NCBI RefSeq assembly: GCF_008152325.1
Contig: NZ_CP042243.1
Span: 415,026-439,025 of the forward strand
Direction: 5' to 3'
DNA: 24,000 nucleotides
Source: Crassaminicella thermophila
GTDB taxonomy: Bacteria; Bacillota; Clostridia; Peptostreptococcales; Thermotaleaceae
The notes under the pieces were generated by a model. That model saw nothing but the letters and a program-made list of their open reading frames with translations. It searched no databases and was not told the DNA's origin. Of this stretch, positions 16,657-24,000 are shown one piece after another (within the stretch, counting starts at the first letter, position 1; the number at the start of each line of letters is the position of its first letter). Both the position numbers and the translations under genes were made by a program.

Positions 16657-17510
16657 TTAGAAAAATTTCTGAAATCATGATTAAAAATTTTGTAGCAGTT
16701 GACACTTGCGATGGCGTGTTAAAAGCAGAAAGAATGCTTACAGAAAATAATGCAGAAGGAGCTTTGGTATTTGAAGGTACTACTTTAGTAGGTGTTGTAA
16801 CTTATAAGGATTTATTAAGATCACATCCAAATAGAATTGTTGCAGATGCAATGAATACAAAAATATTCTACATATCTTTGGAAGCTTCTTTGTGGAAGGC
16901 AGAAGAGATGTTTAAAAAACATCATACAGAAATACTAATCGTAAAGGAAAATGCTACTCCTGTAGGATTTATAACAAAAGCAATCCTTTATGCAGAACTA
17001 GGAAAATACATAGATCCATTAACAGGATTAAATAGAAGTGATTATATTTATTATAAGGCAGATGAAATAATGAAAAATAAGAGGGAAATAGGAATCATTT
17101 TTATAGATGTAAATAATTTTGGATATATTGATAAGAATTATGGTCATACGATAGGTGATGTTATTTTAAAAGAAATAGGAAGTATTCTGAAAAATAATAT
17201 TCCTAATGATACATATACTTGTAGATTTGGTGGTGATGAGTTTGTTGTAGTTGCTCCTTATGATTTAAATGAGTGTAAGAATCTTGCTCAAAACTTAAGG
17301 AAAACAATTGAATCATATCATTTTATAAATAATGTACCAGTAAGTATAACTACGGGCATAGCTGGATGGAAAGTTGGAAAAAATGTCAACCATAATTTTA
17401 GAAATATTATAAATATCATGAATGCAGCTAGTTTAGCATCTACAAAAGCGAAAAAGGAAGAAGATGGATTATCTGTAGCAGAGAGTTTTGAAATTATTGA
17501 TATTGCATAA
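16653..17510 (+). CDS. CBS-pair + GGDEF domain protein (putative diguanylate cyclase)
   Basis: Two CBS motifs lie in the first ~115 aa (IMIKNFVAVD...LVGVVTYKDLL; AMNTKIFYISL...PVGFITKAIL). They are followed by DPLTGLNR, FIDVNNFGYIDKNYGHTIGD and RFGGDEFVVVA. No RxxD I-site precedes the GGDEF motif. Confidence 0.85.
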   Translation: MIRKISEIMIKNFVAVDTCDGVLKAERMLTENNAEGALVFEGTTLVGVVTYKDLLRSHPNRIVADAMNTKIFYISLEASLWKAEEMFKKHHTEILIVKENATPVGFITKAILYAELGKYIDPLTGLNRSDYIYYKADEIMKNKREIGIIFIDVNNFGYIDKNYGHTIGDVILKEIGSILKNNIPNDTYTCRFGGDEFVVVAPYDLNECKNLAQNLRKTIESYHFINNVPVSITTGIAGWKVGKNVNHNFRNIINIMNAASLASTKAKKEEDGLSVAESFEIIDIA

Positions 17511-17517
17511 ATATGAA

Positions 17518-17546
17518 TAAAAAGCAACCTTTTGGTTGCTTTTTAT
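17518..17546. terminator. Bidirectional terminator between convergent genes
   Basis: AAAAGCAACC-TTTT-GGTTGCTTTT, a perfect stem flanked by A-runs and T-runs. Confidence 0.8.
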
Positions 17547-17568
17547 TAAAGGAACCAAATAAGCATGT

Positions 17569-18285
17569 TTAAACATCAAACCAAAGCTCAAATTGATCTT
17601 TGTTTTTGATACTAGTCAATATCCTGTCTTTTGCTTTTGGTGCATGCTTATAGATATGGAGCATCAAATTCTTTGTATCCTCTCTAGCTGTTTGTTTATC
17701 AACAGGACATGGACTTTTCACAATAGGAATAGAATGTCTTTTTGATGCAGCTAGAATTTGATGTTCACTAACGTATACCAAAGGTCTAATTACTTTTATG
17801 TTTCTATCTTCTAAATAAGTTTTTGGTAAGAAAGTTTTTATACGTCCATTATAAAGCATATTCATAAATAAAGTTTCTATGGTATCTTCTTTATTATGGC
17901 CTAACGCCAGGACGTTTAATCCCCTATTTTGCATAACATTATACAAAGCGCCGCGCCGCATATTAGCACAAAGAGAGCAAGGATTCTTTTCTTTTCGTAA
18001 ATCGAAGACGATTTTGCCAATATGAGTATTTTCTATGGTATATGGAACTTTTATCTTATTGCAAAAGTCTTTTAAAGGAGTAAAATTAAAATTTTCAAAT
18101 CCCATAGAAATTGTAACTGCTTCAAGGTGATATTTAACGGGACTAAATTTTTGAAATAATTTTAGGGCATAAAGTAGTGTCATACTATCCTTACCACCAG
18201 ACAAACCTACGGCTATTTGATCATTTTCATTGATTAAATTAAATTCTGATACTGCTTTTCTTAAATTCCCAAGTATTTTTTTCAC
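17569..18285 (-). CDS. ttcA: PP-loop ATP pyrophosphatase, TtcA-like tRNA 2-thiocytidine biosynthesis family
   Basis: PP-loop SGGKDS. Cys motifs CSLCANMRRG and SPCP are typical of TtcA-type tRNA thiolases. Length is 238 aa. Confidence 0.7.
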   Translation of the reverse strand: MKKILGNLRKAVSEFNLINENDQIAVGLSGGKDSMTLLYALKLFQKFSPVKYHLEAVTISMGFENFNFTPLKDFCNKIKVPYTIENTHIGKIVFDLRKEKNPCSLCANMRRGALYNVMQNRGLNVLALGHNKEDTIETLFMNMLYNGRIKTFLPKTYLEDRNIKVIRPLVYVSEHQILAASKRHSIPIVKSPCPVDKQTAREDTKNLMLHIYKHAPKAKDRILTSIKNKDQFELWFDV

Positions 18286-18532
18286 GGATGAAAACCCTTT
18301 CTAAAAATAATGTTGTAATTATTATATTATACATAATAAAAGACAATGGCAATAATAATTTTGCTATTGTCATATATTATGTTTATAAAAAACTTTGTTT
18401 TAAAAAGGAGAATTTTGTATAATAATGGTTAAGGTGGAAATTATGGATCTTGAAGAAAGAATAAAGAATATTTTACAAACTATGGGTTGAAGTTTATTTG
18501 TCGTTTTAATTTAAGCATTTTAGGAGGTCAAT

Positions 18533-19741
18533 ATGCAATTTAACTTAAATAATTTCTTGTTTTCATTATCTTATGCTTTAGACTTTGTAGAGATGGATAT
18601 TTTAGGCGTAGCATCAAACCATTCAAAAAGAGTTGCTTATATTGCATATAAATTAGGTGGAGTATTAGGGCTAAATCAAGAAGAACTTTTTGATTTAGTT
18701 TCTTTATCTATATTGCATGACAATGGAGCGAGTCAAAAAGTTTTGCATGATAAATTACAAAATAGAGGGAAAGATAAGAAGAAAGCTTTAGAAAGTATAA
18801 AGGAACATTGTATCATAGGTGAAAAAAATATTTATAAATTTCCATTTTTTACAGATGTTAAAGATGTCATTAAATATCATCATGAAACGTATGCAGGAAT
18901 GGGCTTTTTTGGATTAGATGGAAAGGAAATTCCTTTAATGTCTCAGATTATTTTTTTAGGAGATACTATTGAAAATAAATTTAATGTAAAGGGTGCGTCT
19001 ATTCAAGAAAGGAATGTTATCAATACGTTCATAAGGGAAAATAATAAAATTTTGTTTTCACCAAGTATTAGTGAAGCTTTTATGGAGATTAGCAAGCATT
19101 CAAGTTTTTGGTTGGATTTAAAAGATGAATTTATCAATAATGCTTTAGATGAAATGGTACCGAAATATTATAAAGAGCTTACATGGGAAGAAGTTCGAAA
19201 AATAACGAGTATTTTTTCAAATATTATTGATGCAAAATCTCAATTTACACAAAAACATTCTAAAGAGCTGGCTGAAAAAATAGCATTAATGGCAGATTAC
19301 TATAAAAAAAATAATGAAGAAAAAATGAAACTAATGATTGCAGCAGATTTACATGATGTAGGAAAATTAGCAATCAGTAATGCAATTATAGATAAACCTG
19401 GGAGACTGACAAAGGAAGAGATGAATATAATTCAAGAGCATGCTTACTATACAAGAGTGAGTTTACAGCAAATAGATGAATTTGAAGATATTGCAAAATG
19501 GGCTTCAAATCATCATGAAAAATTAGATGGTTCAGGATATCCATATGGATTAAAGGGAAAAGAACTTGATTTTAATTCACGGCTTATGACATGCTTAGAC
19601 ATATATCAAGCATTGACGGAGAAAAGGCCTTATCGTGAAGGATTGACACATAGTGAGAGTATGAAAGTGCTAAGAAATATGGCTAAAGATGGATTGATTG
19701 ATGGCAATATAGTAGAAGATATTGATAAAGTGTTTCATTAA
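18533..19741 (+). CDS. Tandem HD-GYP domain protein (degenerate N-terminal copy, canonical C-terminal copy)
   Basis: Strong RBS AGGAGG. Domain 1 shows HSKRV, LHDNGA and HHETYAGMGFFG (GYP replaced by GFF). Domain 2 shows HSKELA, LHDVGK and HHEKLDGSGYPYGLKGKEL. Confidence 0.85.
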   Translation: MQFNLNNFLFSLSYALDFVEMDILGVASNHSKRVAYIAYKLGGVLGLNQEELFDLVSLSILHDNGASQKVLHDKLQNRGKDKKKALESIKEHCIIGEKNIYKFPFFTDVKDVIKYHHETYAGMGFFGLDGKEIPLMSQIIFLGDTIENKFNVKGASIQERNVINTFIRENNKILFSPSISEAFMEISKHSSFWLDLKDEFINNALDEMVPKYYKELTWEEVRKITSIFSNIIDAKSQFTQKHSKELAEKIALMADYYKKNNEEKMKLMIAADLHDVGKLAISNAIIDKPGRLTKEEMNIIQEHAYYTRVSLQQIDEFEDIAKWASNHHEKLDGSGYPYGLKGKELDFNSRLMTCLDIYQALTEKRPYREGLTHSESMKVLRNMAKDGLIDGNIVEDIDKVFH

Positions 19742-19790
19742 AAGAATCCAATTTAGTAGCAAATACTGCTAAATTGGATTCTTTTGCATT
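19741..19790. terminator. Bidirectional terminator between convergent genes
   Basis: A roughly 19-bp stem, AAAGAATCCAATTTAGTAG / CTGCTAAATTGGATTCTTT with one wobble pair. T-runs follow on both strands. Confidence 0.85.
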
Positions 19791-19800
19791 TTAATAATGT

Positions 19801-20826
19801 TTATTTTACTTCTACAATCCATCCTTTAGGAGGATCTATATCTCCAAATTGAATTCCATAAAGGGTATCATAAAGTTTTTTGGTAACAGGGCCAACTTCT
19901 GTTTCGCTATGGAATACATGAAAATTTTCTTTATATTCAATACCGCCAATAGGTGTGATTACAGCAGCAGTACCGCAAGCACCCGCTTCTTTAAATTCAT
20001 CTAATTTATCTATGAAAACATCTCTTTCTTCTACTTCCATTCCTAGGTATTCTTTTGCAATATGCATTAATGAATATTTTGTTATACTTGGAAGAATTGA
20101 TGGAGATTTTGGTGTTACAAATTTATTATCTTTTGTAATACCAAAGAAGTTAGCTGCTCCAACTTCTTCGATTTTTGTATGGGTCATTGGGTCAAGATAA
20201 ATACAATCTGCAAAACCTTTTTTTGCAGCTAGTTCATGAGGAAGAAGACTACCAGCATAGTTTCCTCCAACTTTTGCTGCTCCTGTTCCATAAGGGGCAG
20301 CTCTATCATACTCTGAAACAGTAAAGTTTACAGGAGTCATTCCACCTTTAAAGTAAGGGCCTACAGGAAGACAAAATACACAGAATAAGTATTCTGGTGC
20401 AGGTTTTACGCCGATATTTTCTCCAACACCAATTATGAAAGGTCTAATATAAAGGGTTGCACCAGTTCCGTATGGTGGAACATAAGCTTCATTTGCTTTC
20501 ACCACTTTAATACATGCATCGATAAACTTTTCTTCAGGTATTTCAGGCATTAGGATACGCCTACAGCTATCGTTCATGCGTTTGGCATTTTTATCAGGTC
20601 TAAATAGCTGGATTTTACCATTTTTTGTACGGTAAGCTTTTAATCCTTCAAAGCATTGTTGACCATAATGGAGAGCTGTCGAAGCTTCACTGATTGTAAT
20701 TTTATTATCTTCAACGAGTTTTCCTTCATCCCATTTTCCGTCTTTCCATCTTGAAATATAGCGGAAATCTGTTTTTATGTAGCTAAAGCCTAGATTACTC
20801 CAATCGATATTTACATTCTTATCCAT
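19801..20826 (-). CDS. ilvE: Branched-chain amino acid aminotransferase (PLP fold type IV)
   Basis: The 341-aa translation has characteristic segments: [50 protein letters not shown]. Confidence 0.9.
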   Translation of the reverse strand: MDKNVNIDWSNLGFSYIKTDFRYISRWKDGKWDEGKLVEDNKITISEASTALHYGQQCFEGLKAYRTKNGKIQLFRPDKNAKRMNDSCRRILMPEIPEEKFIDACIKVVKANEAYVPPYGTGATLYIRPFIIGVGENIGVKPAPEYLFCVFCLPVGPYFKGGMTPVNFTVSEYDRAAPYGTGAAKVGGNYAGSLLPHELAAKKGFADCIYLDPMTHTKIEEVGAANFFGITKDNKFVTPKSPSILPSITKYSLMHIAKEYLGMEVEERDVFIDKLDEFKEAGACGTAAVITPIGGIEYKENFHVFHSETEVGPVTKKLYDTLYGIQFGDIDPPKGWIVEVK

Positions 20827-21002
20827 AGGATCACCCCTCTAAATATTTGAAAAAGTTCTAATAAAAGAATTTTAGCACAATTTAGAAAAAATGTAAATGT
20901 TCCATTACTAGTATGTTTTTTTATTGTGAAATATAAGAAAAAAATTAATTATAAAAAGGAAAATTTAGATAGACATTATGAAAAAAATAAATGAAATTTA
21001 TA

Positions 21003-21053
21003 TTGACATGAGAATCATTGTCATTTATAATTTTGATAGTGATAATCAATATC
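21003..21053 (+). promoter_or_regulatory. Consensus sigma-A promoter overlapped and followed by two Fur-box-like operators
   Basis: TTGACA (21003-21008), 17-nt spacer, TATAAT (21026-21031). The 7-1-7 palindrome TGAGAATCATTGTCA (21009-21023) lies in the spacer. GATAGTGATAATCAATATC (21035-21053) matches the 19-bp Fur consensus GATAATGATAATCATTATC at 17 of 19 positions. Confidence 0.75.
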
Positions 21054-21106
21054 AAAAACTGCATTTTCAAAAATGAAACCAGATATCATTAAAGGAGGAG
21101 TAAAAA

Positions 21107-22186
21107 ATGAAGAAAAGATCTCTAATTATCACACTAAGTTGTATTTTGATTTTCTCACTATTAGCTCTTGCAGGGTGTTCAAGTACTCAGGAAACAGCTC
21201 AAGCAGACAATAAAGAAGCTATAAGCAAGGAAGAAGAAGTTGTAAATCTTTATACGAATAGACATTATGATACAGATGAACAACTATTACAATTATTTAC
21301 TGAAGAAACAGGTATAAAAGTCAATGTAGTAAAAGGTAACTCGGATGAATTAATTGAAAGACTTGAAAGAGAAGGCAAGGATACAAAGGCAGATCTATTG
21401 ATTACAGCAGATGCAGGAAGGCTACATAGAGCAAAGGAAAAAGGATTATTGCAACCTGTATCTAGTGAAGTTTTATTAAACAATATTCCTGAAAACTTAA
21501 GAGATAAGGACAAAGAATGGTTTGGACTAACTGTAAGAGGAAGAGTGATCGTTTATTCTAAAGATAGAGTGAATCCTTCAGAGTTATCAACTTATGAAGA
21601 TTTAACAAACTCTAAATGGAAAGGGAAAATCCTTGTAAGATCATCATCTAATATATATAATCAATCTTTATTAGCTTCTTTTATAGCAATAAATGGTGAA
21701 GAAAAAGCAAAAGAATGGGCAAAAGGGTTAGTAGAAAATATGGCTAGAGATCCGCAAGGAAATGATAGAGCACAAGCTACAGCTGTTGTTGCAGGAGAAG
21801 GAGATTTAGCGATAATGAATACTTACTATATAGGGAAAATGTTAAATTCTTCTAATCCTGAAGAAGTGAAAGTAGCTCAAAATGTGGGTGTTTTCTTTCC
21901 AAATCAAGCTACTACAGGAACACACATCAATGTTAGTGGAATTGGACTTACAAAATATTCTAAAAATAAAGAGAATGCTATAAAGCTTATAGAGTTTTTA
22001 TCAAGCGAAAAAGCACAAAAGCAATTTGCCGAAGCAAACTATGAATATCCTGCGAATCCTAAAGTTGAACCATCAGAACTTTTAAAGTCATGGGGAGAAT
22101 TTAAACCTCAAAATATAAATTTATCTAAGTTAGGAGAATACAATCAAAAGGCAGTAGAAATATTCAATGAAGTTGGTTGGAAGTAA
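21107..22186 (+). CDS. Fe(3+) ABC transporter substrate-binding lipoprotein (FbpA/AfuA-like)
   Basis: Strong RBS AGGAGG. Lipobox LALAGCSS. Type-1 solute-binding fold with segments typical of ferric-binding proteins (VNLYTNRHYD...ADLLITADAGRL...GKILVRSSSNIYNQSL). Fur boxes lie upstream. Confidence 0.8.
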   Translation: MKKRSLIITLSCILIFSLLALAGCSSTQETAQADNKEAISKEEEVVNLYTNRHYDTDEQLLQLFTEETGIKVNVVKGNSDELIERLEREGKDTKADLLITADAGRLHRAKEKGLLQPVSSEVLLNNIPENLRDKDKEWFGLTVRGRVIVYSKDRVNPSELSTYEDLTNSKWKGKILVRSSSNIYNQSLLASFIAINGEEKAKEWAKGLVENMARDPQGNDRAQATAVVAGEGDLAIMNTYYIGKMLNSSNPEEVKVAQNVGVFFPNQATTGTHINVSGIGLTKYSKNKENAIKLIEFLSSEKAQKQFAEANYEYPANPKVEPSELLKSWGEFKPQNINLSKLGEYNQKAVEIFNEVGWK

Positions 22187-22190
22187 GGTC

Positions 22191-22218
22191 ATAAAGCAGC
22201 CCTAAGTGGCTGCTTTAT
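22191..22218 (+). other. Intercistronic stem-loop between the binding-protein and permease genes
   Basis: Perfect 11-bp stem ATAAAGCAGCC / GGCTGCTTTAT with loop CTAAGT. No U-tract follows. Confidence 0.6.
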
Positions 22219-22253
22219 ACTACTAATTATAGAAGTAAAGGAAGTGTAAAACA

Positions 22254-23897
22254 TTGATTAAGATTCGTAAACTGAAATCCAATTTAAATATTTGGGCAAT
22301 TTTTAGTTTTATATTGGTGCTTTTTGTTTTATTGCCAAACGTAAATATTTTTATAAATATTTTTAATAAACCTAATGAAAATTGGCATCATATAAAAGCA
22401 TATCTTCTAAAAGACTATATCATAAATTCGATGATGCTAATTGGTTTTACAGGAACACTTACAAGCATTATAGGTACGAGTCTTGCGTGGATCATTTCTG
22501 CGTATGATTTTCCTTTTAAAGTATTTTTAAAGTGGGGGTTAATTTTACCTCTTGCTATACCACCCTATATAGCTGCATACACATACAATGGCTTATTAAA
22601 TTATACAGGTGTTATTCAAAGTTTTTTAAGAAATACTTATAATATCTATTTAGATCAAAAATATTTCAATGTTATGTCCATGAAAGGAGCAATATTTATT
22701 TTTACCATATTTTTGTTTCCTTATGTGTATATTATAACCAAATCATTTTTGGAAAAACAGTCTGCAAGCTTGATAGAAACTGCTAGAGTTTTGGGAAGAA
22801 CTCCTTTTGAAATTTTTTTGTACGTAGTGTTTCCTATATCAAGAGGGGCAATTGTTGGTGGTGTTAGTTTAGTTATTTTAGAAGTGCTGAATGATTATGG
22901 TGTTGTGAAATACTTTGGTATTCCTACCTTTAGCACTGCAATTTTTAAAACATGGTTTGCTATGGGAGATATAGATTCAGCAGTGAAACTAGCTTCTATT
23001 TTAATGGTTTTTGTTTTTGGTATATTGGTGCTAGAGAAACTATTAAGAGGGAGAAAAAAATTCAGCTATACAACTTCAAAGATCAGACCCATTAAGCCTA
23101 TAAAATTAGAAGGAATTAAAGGGATATTGGCATTTGGTTATTGTTTTATTATATTTAGTTTAGGATTCTTAATACCTACTTTCCAATTAACTCATTGGAC
23201 GTTTTTATCTTATAAAAAAGTCTTTAGTATGAAATTTTTAGAAATGCTGTTTAATTCTTTATGGATTGCGTTTGTTTCTGCTGGTTTTATTGTAATTATG
23301 GCAATTGTGATTGCCAATTATTGCAGAATACAAGAAGGATTTATTTCGAAAATTTATTCAAAAGTTACAGCAGTAGGATATTCTATTCCAGGAGCTGTCA
23401 TTGCAGTAGGGGTAATTGTATTCTTTGTAAATTTAGACAATCGGCTATATGGATTTTATAAGATGATTGATCCAAATTCAAGCAAACTCGTATTGAGTAC
23501 AAGTATTGTTATGCTTATTTTTGCTTATATTATAAGGTTTTTAGCTATAGGTTATAATTCTATAGAATCAGGCTTTGAAAAGATAGGGAAAAGATTTTTT
23601 GAAGCTTCTAGAACTCTTGGAATGAATGTAATCCAGACTTTCTTTAAAGTAGATTTGAAAATGATAAAACCTGCCATTGTAAGTGCATTTGTACTTGTTT
23701 TCGTAGATATTTTAAAAGAGTTACCGCTCACTTTAATTTTAAGACCGTTTAATTTTAATACTTTAGCTACAAAATCTTTTGAATATGCCAATGATGAAAT
23801 GATTCATGAAGCTTCCATATCTTCACTAATTATCATTCTTGTTAGTGTTGTTTCAATCTATTTCTTCTATAAAGTAGGGGATAAGGAGGAAAAATAA
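22254..23897 (+). CDS. Iron ABC transporter permease (fused double BPD_transp_1 domains, FbpB-like)
   Basis: TTG start after AAGGAAG. A 547-aa polytopic protein with two repeated permease halves. Its stop overlaps the next ATG (TAATG). Confidence 0.8.
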   Translation: MIKIRKLKSNLNIWAIFSFILVLFVLLPNVNIFINIFNKPNENWHHIKAYLLKDYIINSMMLIGFTGTLTSIIGTSLAWIISAYDFPFKVFLKWGLILPLAIPPYIAAYTYNGLLNYTGVIQSFLRNTYNIYLDQKYFNVMSMKGAIFIFTIFLFPYVYIITKSFLEKQSASLIETARVLGRTPFEIFLYVVFPISRGAIVGGVSLVILEVLNDYGVVKYFGIPTFSTAIFKTWFAMGDIDSAVKLASILMVFVFGILVLEKLLRGRKKFSYTTSKIRPIKPIKLEGIKGILAFGYCFIIFSLGFLIPTFQLTHWTFLSYKKVFSMKFLEMLFNSLWIAFVSAGFIVIMAIVIANYCRIQEGFISKIYSKVTAVGYSIPGAVIAVGVIVFFVNLDNRLYGFYKMIDPNSSKLVLSTSIVMLIFAYIIRFLAIGYNSIESGFEKIGKRFFEASRTLGMNVIQTFFKVDLKMIKPAIVSAFVLVFVDILKELPLTLILRPFNFNTLATKSFEYANDEMIHEASISSLIIILVSVVSIYFFYKVGDKEEK

Positions 23898-24000
23898 TGT
23901 ACATTGAGATAAAAGGATTAACTTTTCAATATAAAAATGCAAAAGAAAAAACCATAAAAGATTTTTCTATAAATGTAAAAAAAGGAGAAATTATTTCGAT
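23897..24000 (+). CDS. ABC transporter ATP-binding protein, 3'-truncated by the window edge
   Basis: RBS AAGGAGG. The translation MYIEIKGLTFQYKNAKEKTIKDFSINVKKGEIIS... is the typical ABC ATPase N-terminus leading into Walker A. Confidence 0.75.
   Translation, partial: MYIEIKGLTFQYKNAKEKTIKDFSINVKKGEIIS

Noticed and set aside
20827-20980. CodY box or T-box upstream of ilvE (minus strand)
   Set aside because: The best CodY-like 15-mer I could align to AATTTTCWGAAAATT has only about 11 of 15 matches in an AT-rich background, which is not distinguishable from chance. There is no leader terminator or T-box core.
20978-21076. 32-aa ORF (MKKINEIYIDMRIIVIYNFDSDNQYQKLHFQK) upstream of the iron transporter
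   Set aside because: It has no RBS. It spans the -35/-10 hexamers and both Fur boxes, so the sequence is better explained as promoter/operator DNA.
23261-23791. ORFs 23261-23461 (+, alternative frame) and 23552-23791 (-) inside the permease gene
   Set aside because: Both are embedded in the 547-aa permease CDS. The first is Cys-rich frame noise, the second is antisense, and neither has start signals.
1-24000. CRISPR arrays, tRNA/rRNA genes, and phage-defence or toxin-antitoxin modules
   Set aside because: I saw no regularly spaced direct repeats, no cloverleaf-like or rRNA-like GC-rich segments, and no nuclease, methylase, toxin-sized gene pairs or other recognisable defence-system genes anywhere in the window.

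Overview
AT-rich, Gram-positive (Clostridia-like) chromosomal segment. All calls come from reading the sequence and ORF translations, with no database search. Mostly housekeeping and transport genes:
- a 5'-truncated RND efflux permease
- a heavily decayed IS110-family element
- a lipoprotein efflux adaptor with a histidine kinase and a frameshifted OmpR-type response regulator
- an NSS-family Na+ symporter with an unusual leader
- an orphan GerXB-type spore germination permease
- a Na/Pi-cotransporter/PhoU-domain protein
- a TtcA-like PP-loop ATPase
- IlvE
- a Fur-box-controlled Fe(3+) ABC transporter

The most interesting block is 12.2-19.7 kb. It holds an agr-type peptide quorum-sensing cassette: a small polytopic membrane protein, AgrB with His77/Cys84, and a 46-aa AgrD precursor missing from the ORF track. 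No AgrC/AgrA follows. Instead the next gene encodes a 6-TM GGDEF + HD-GYP protein. Further c-di-GMP genes follow: CBS-GGDEF with a coupled 116-aa unknown, and a tandem HD-GYP protein.

The second notable signal is the NSS transporter leader. It has a perfect sigma-A promoter, ten UAG triplets in about 70 nt, then an intrinsic terminator just before the start codon. This suggests protein-mediated (HutP/TRAP-like) attenuation.
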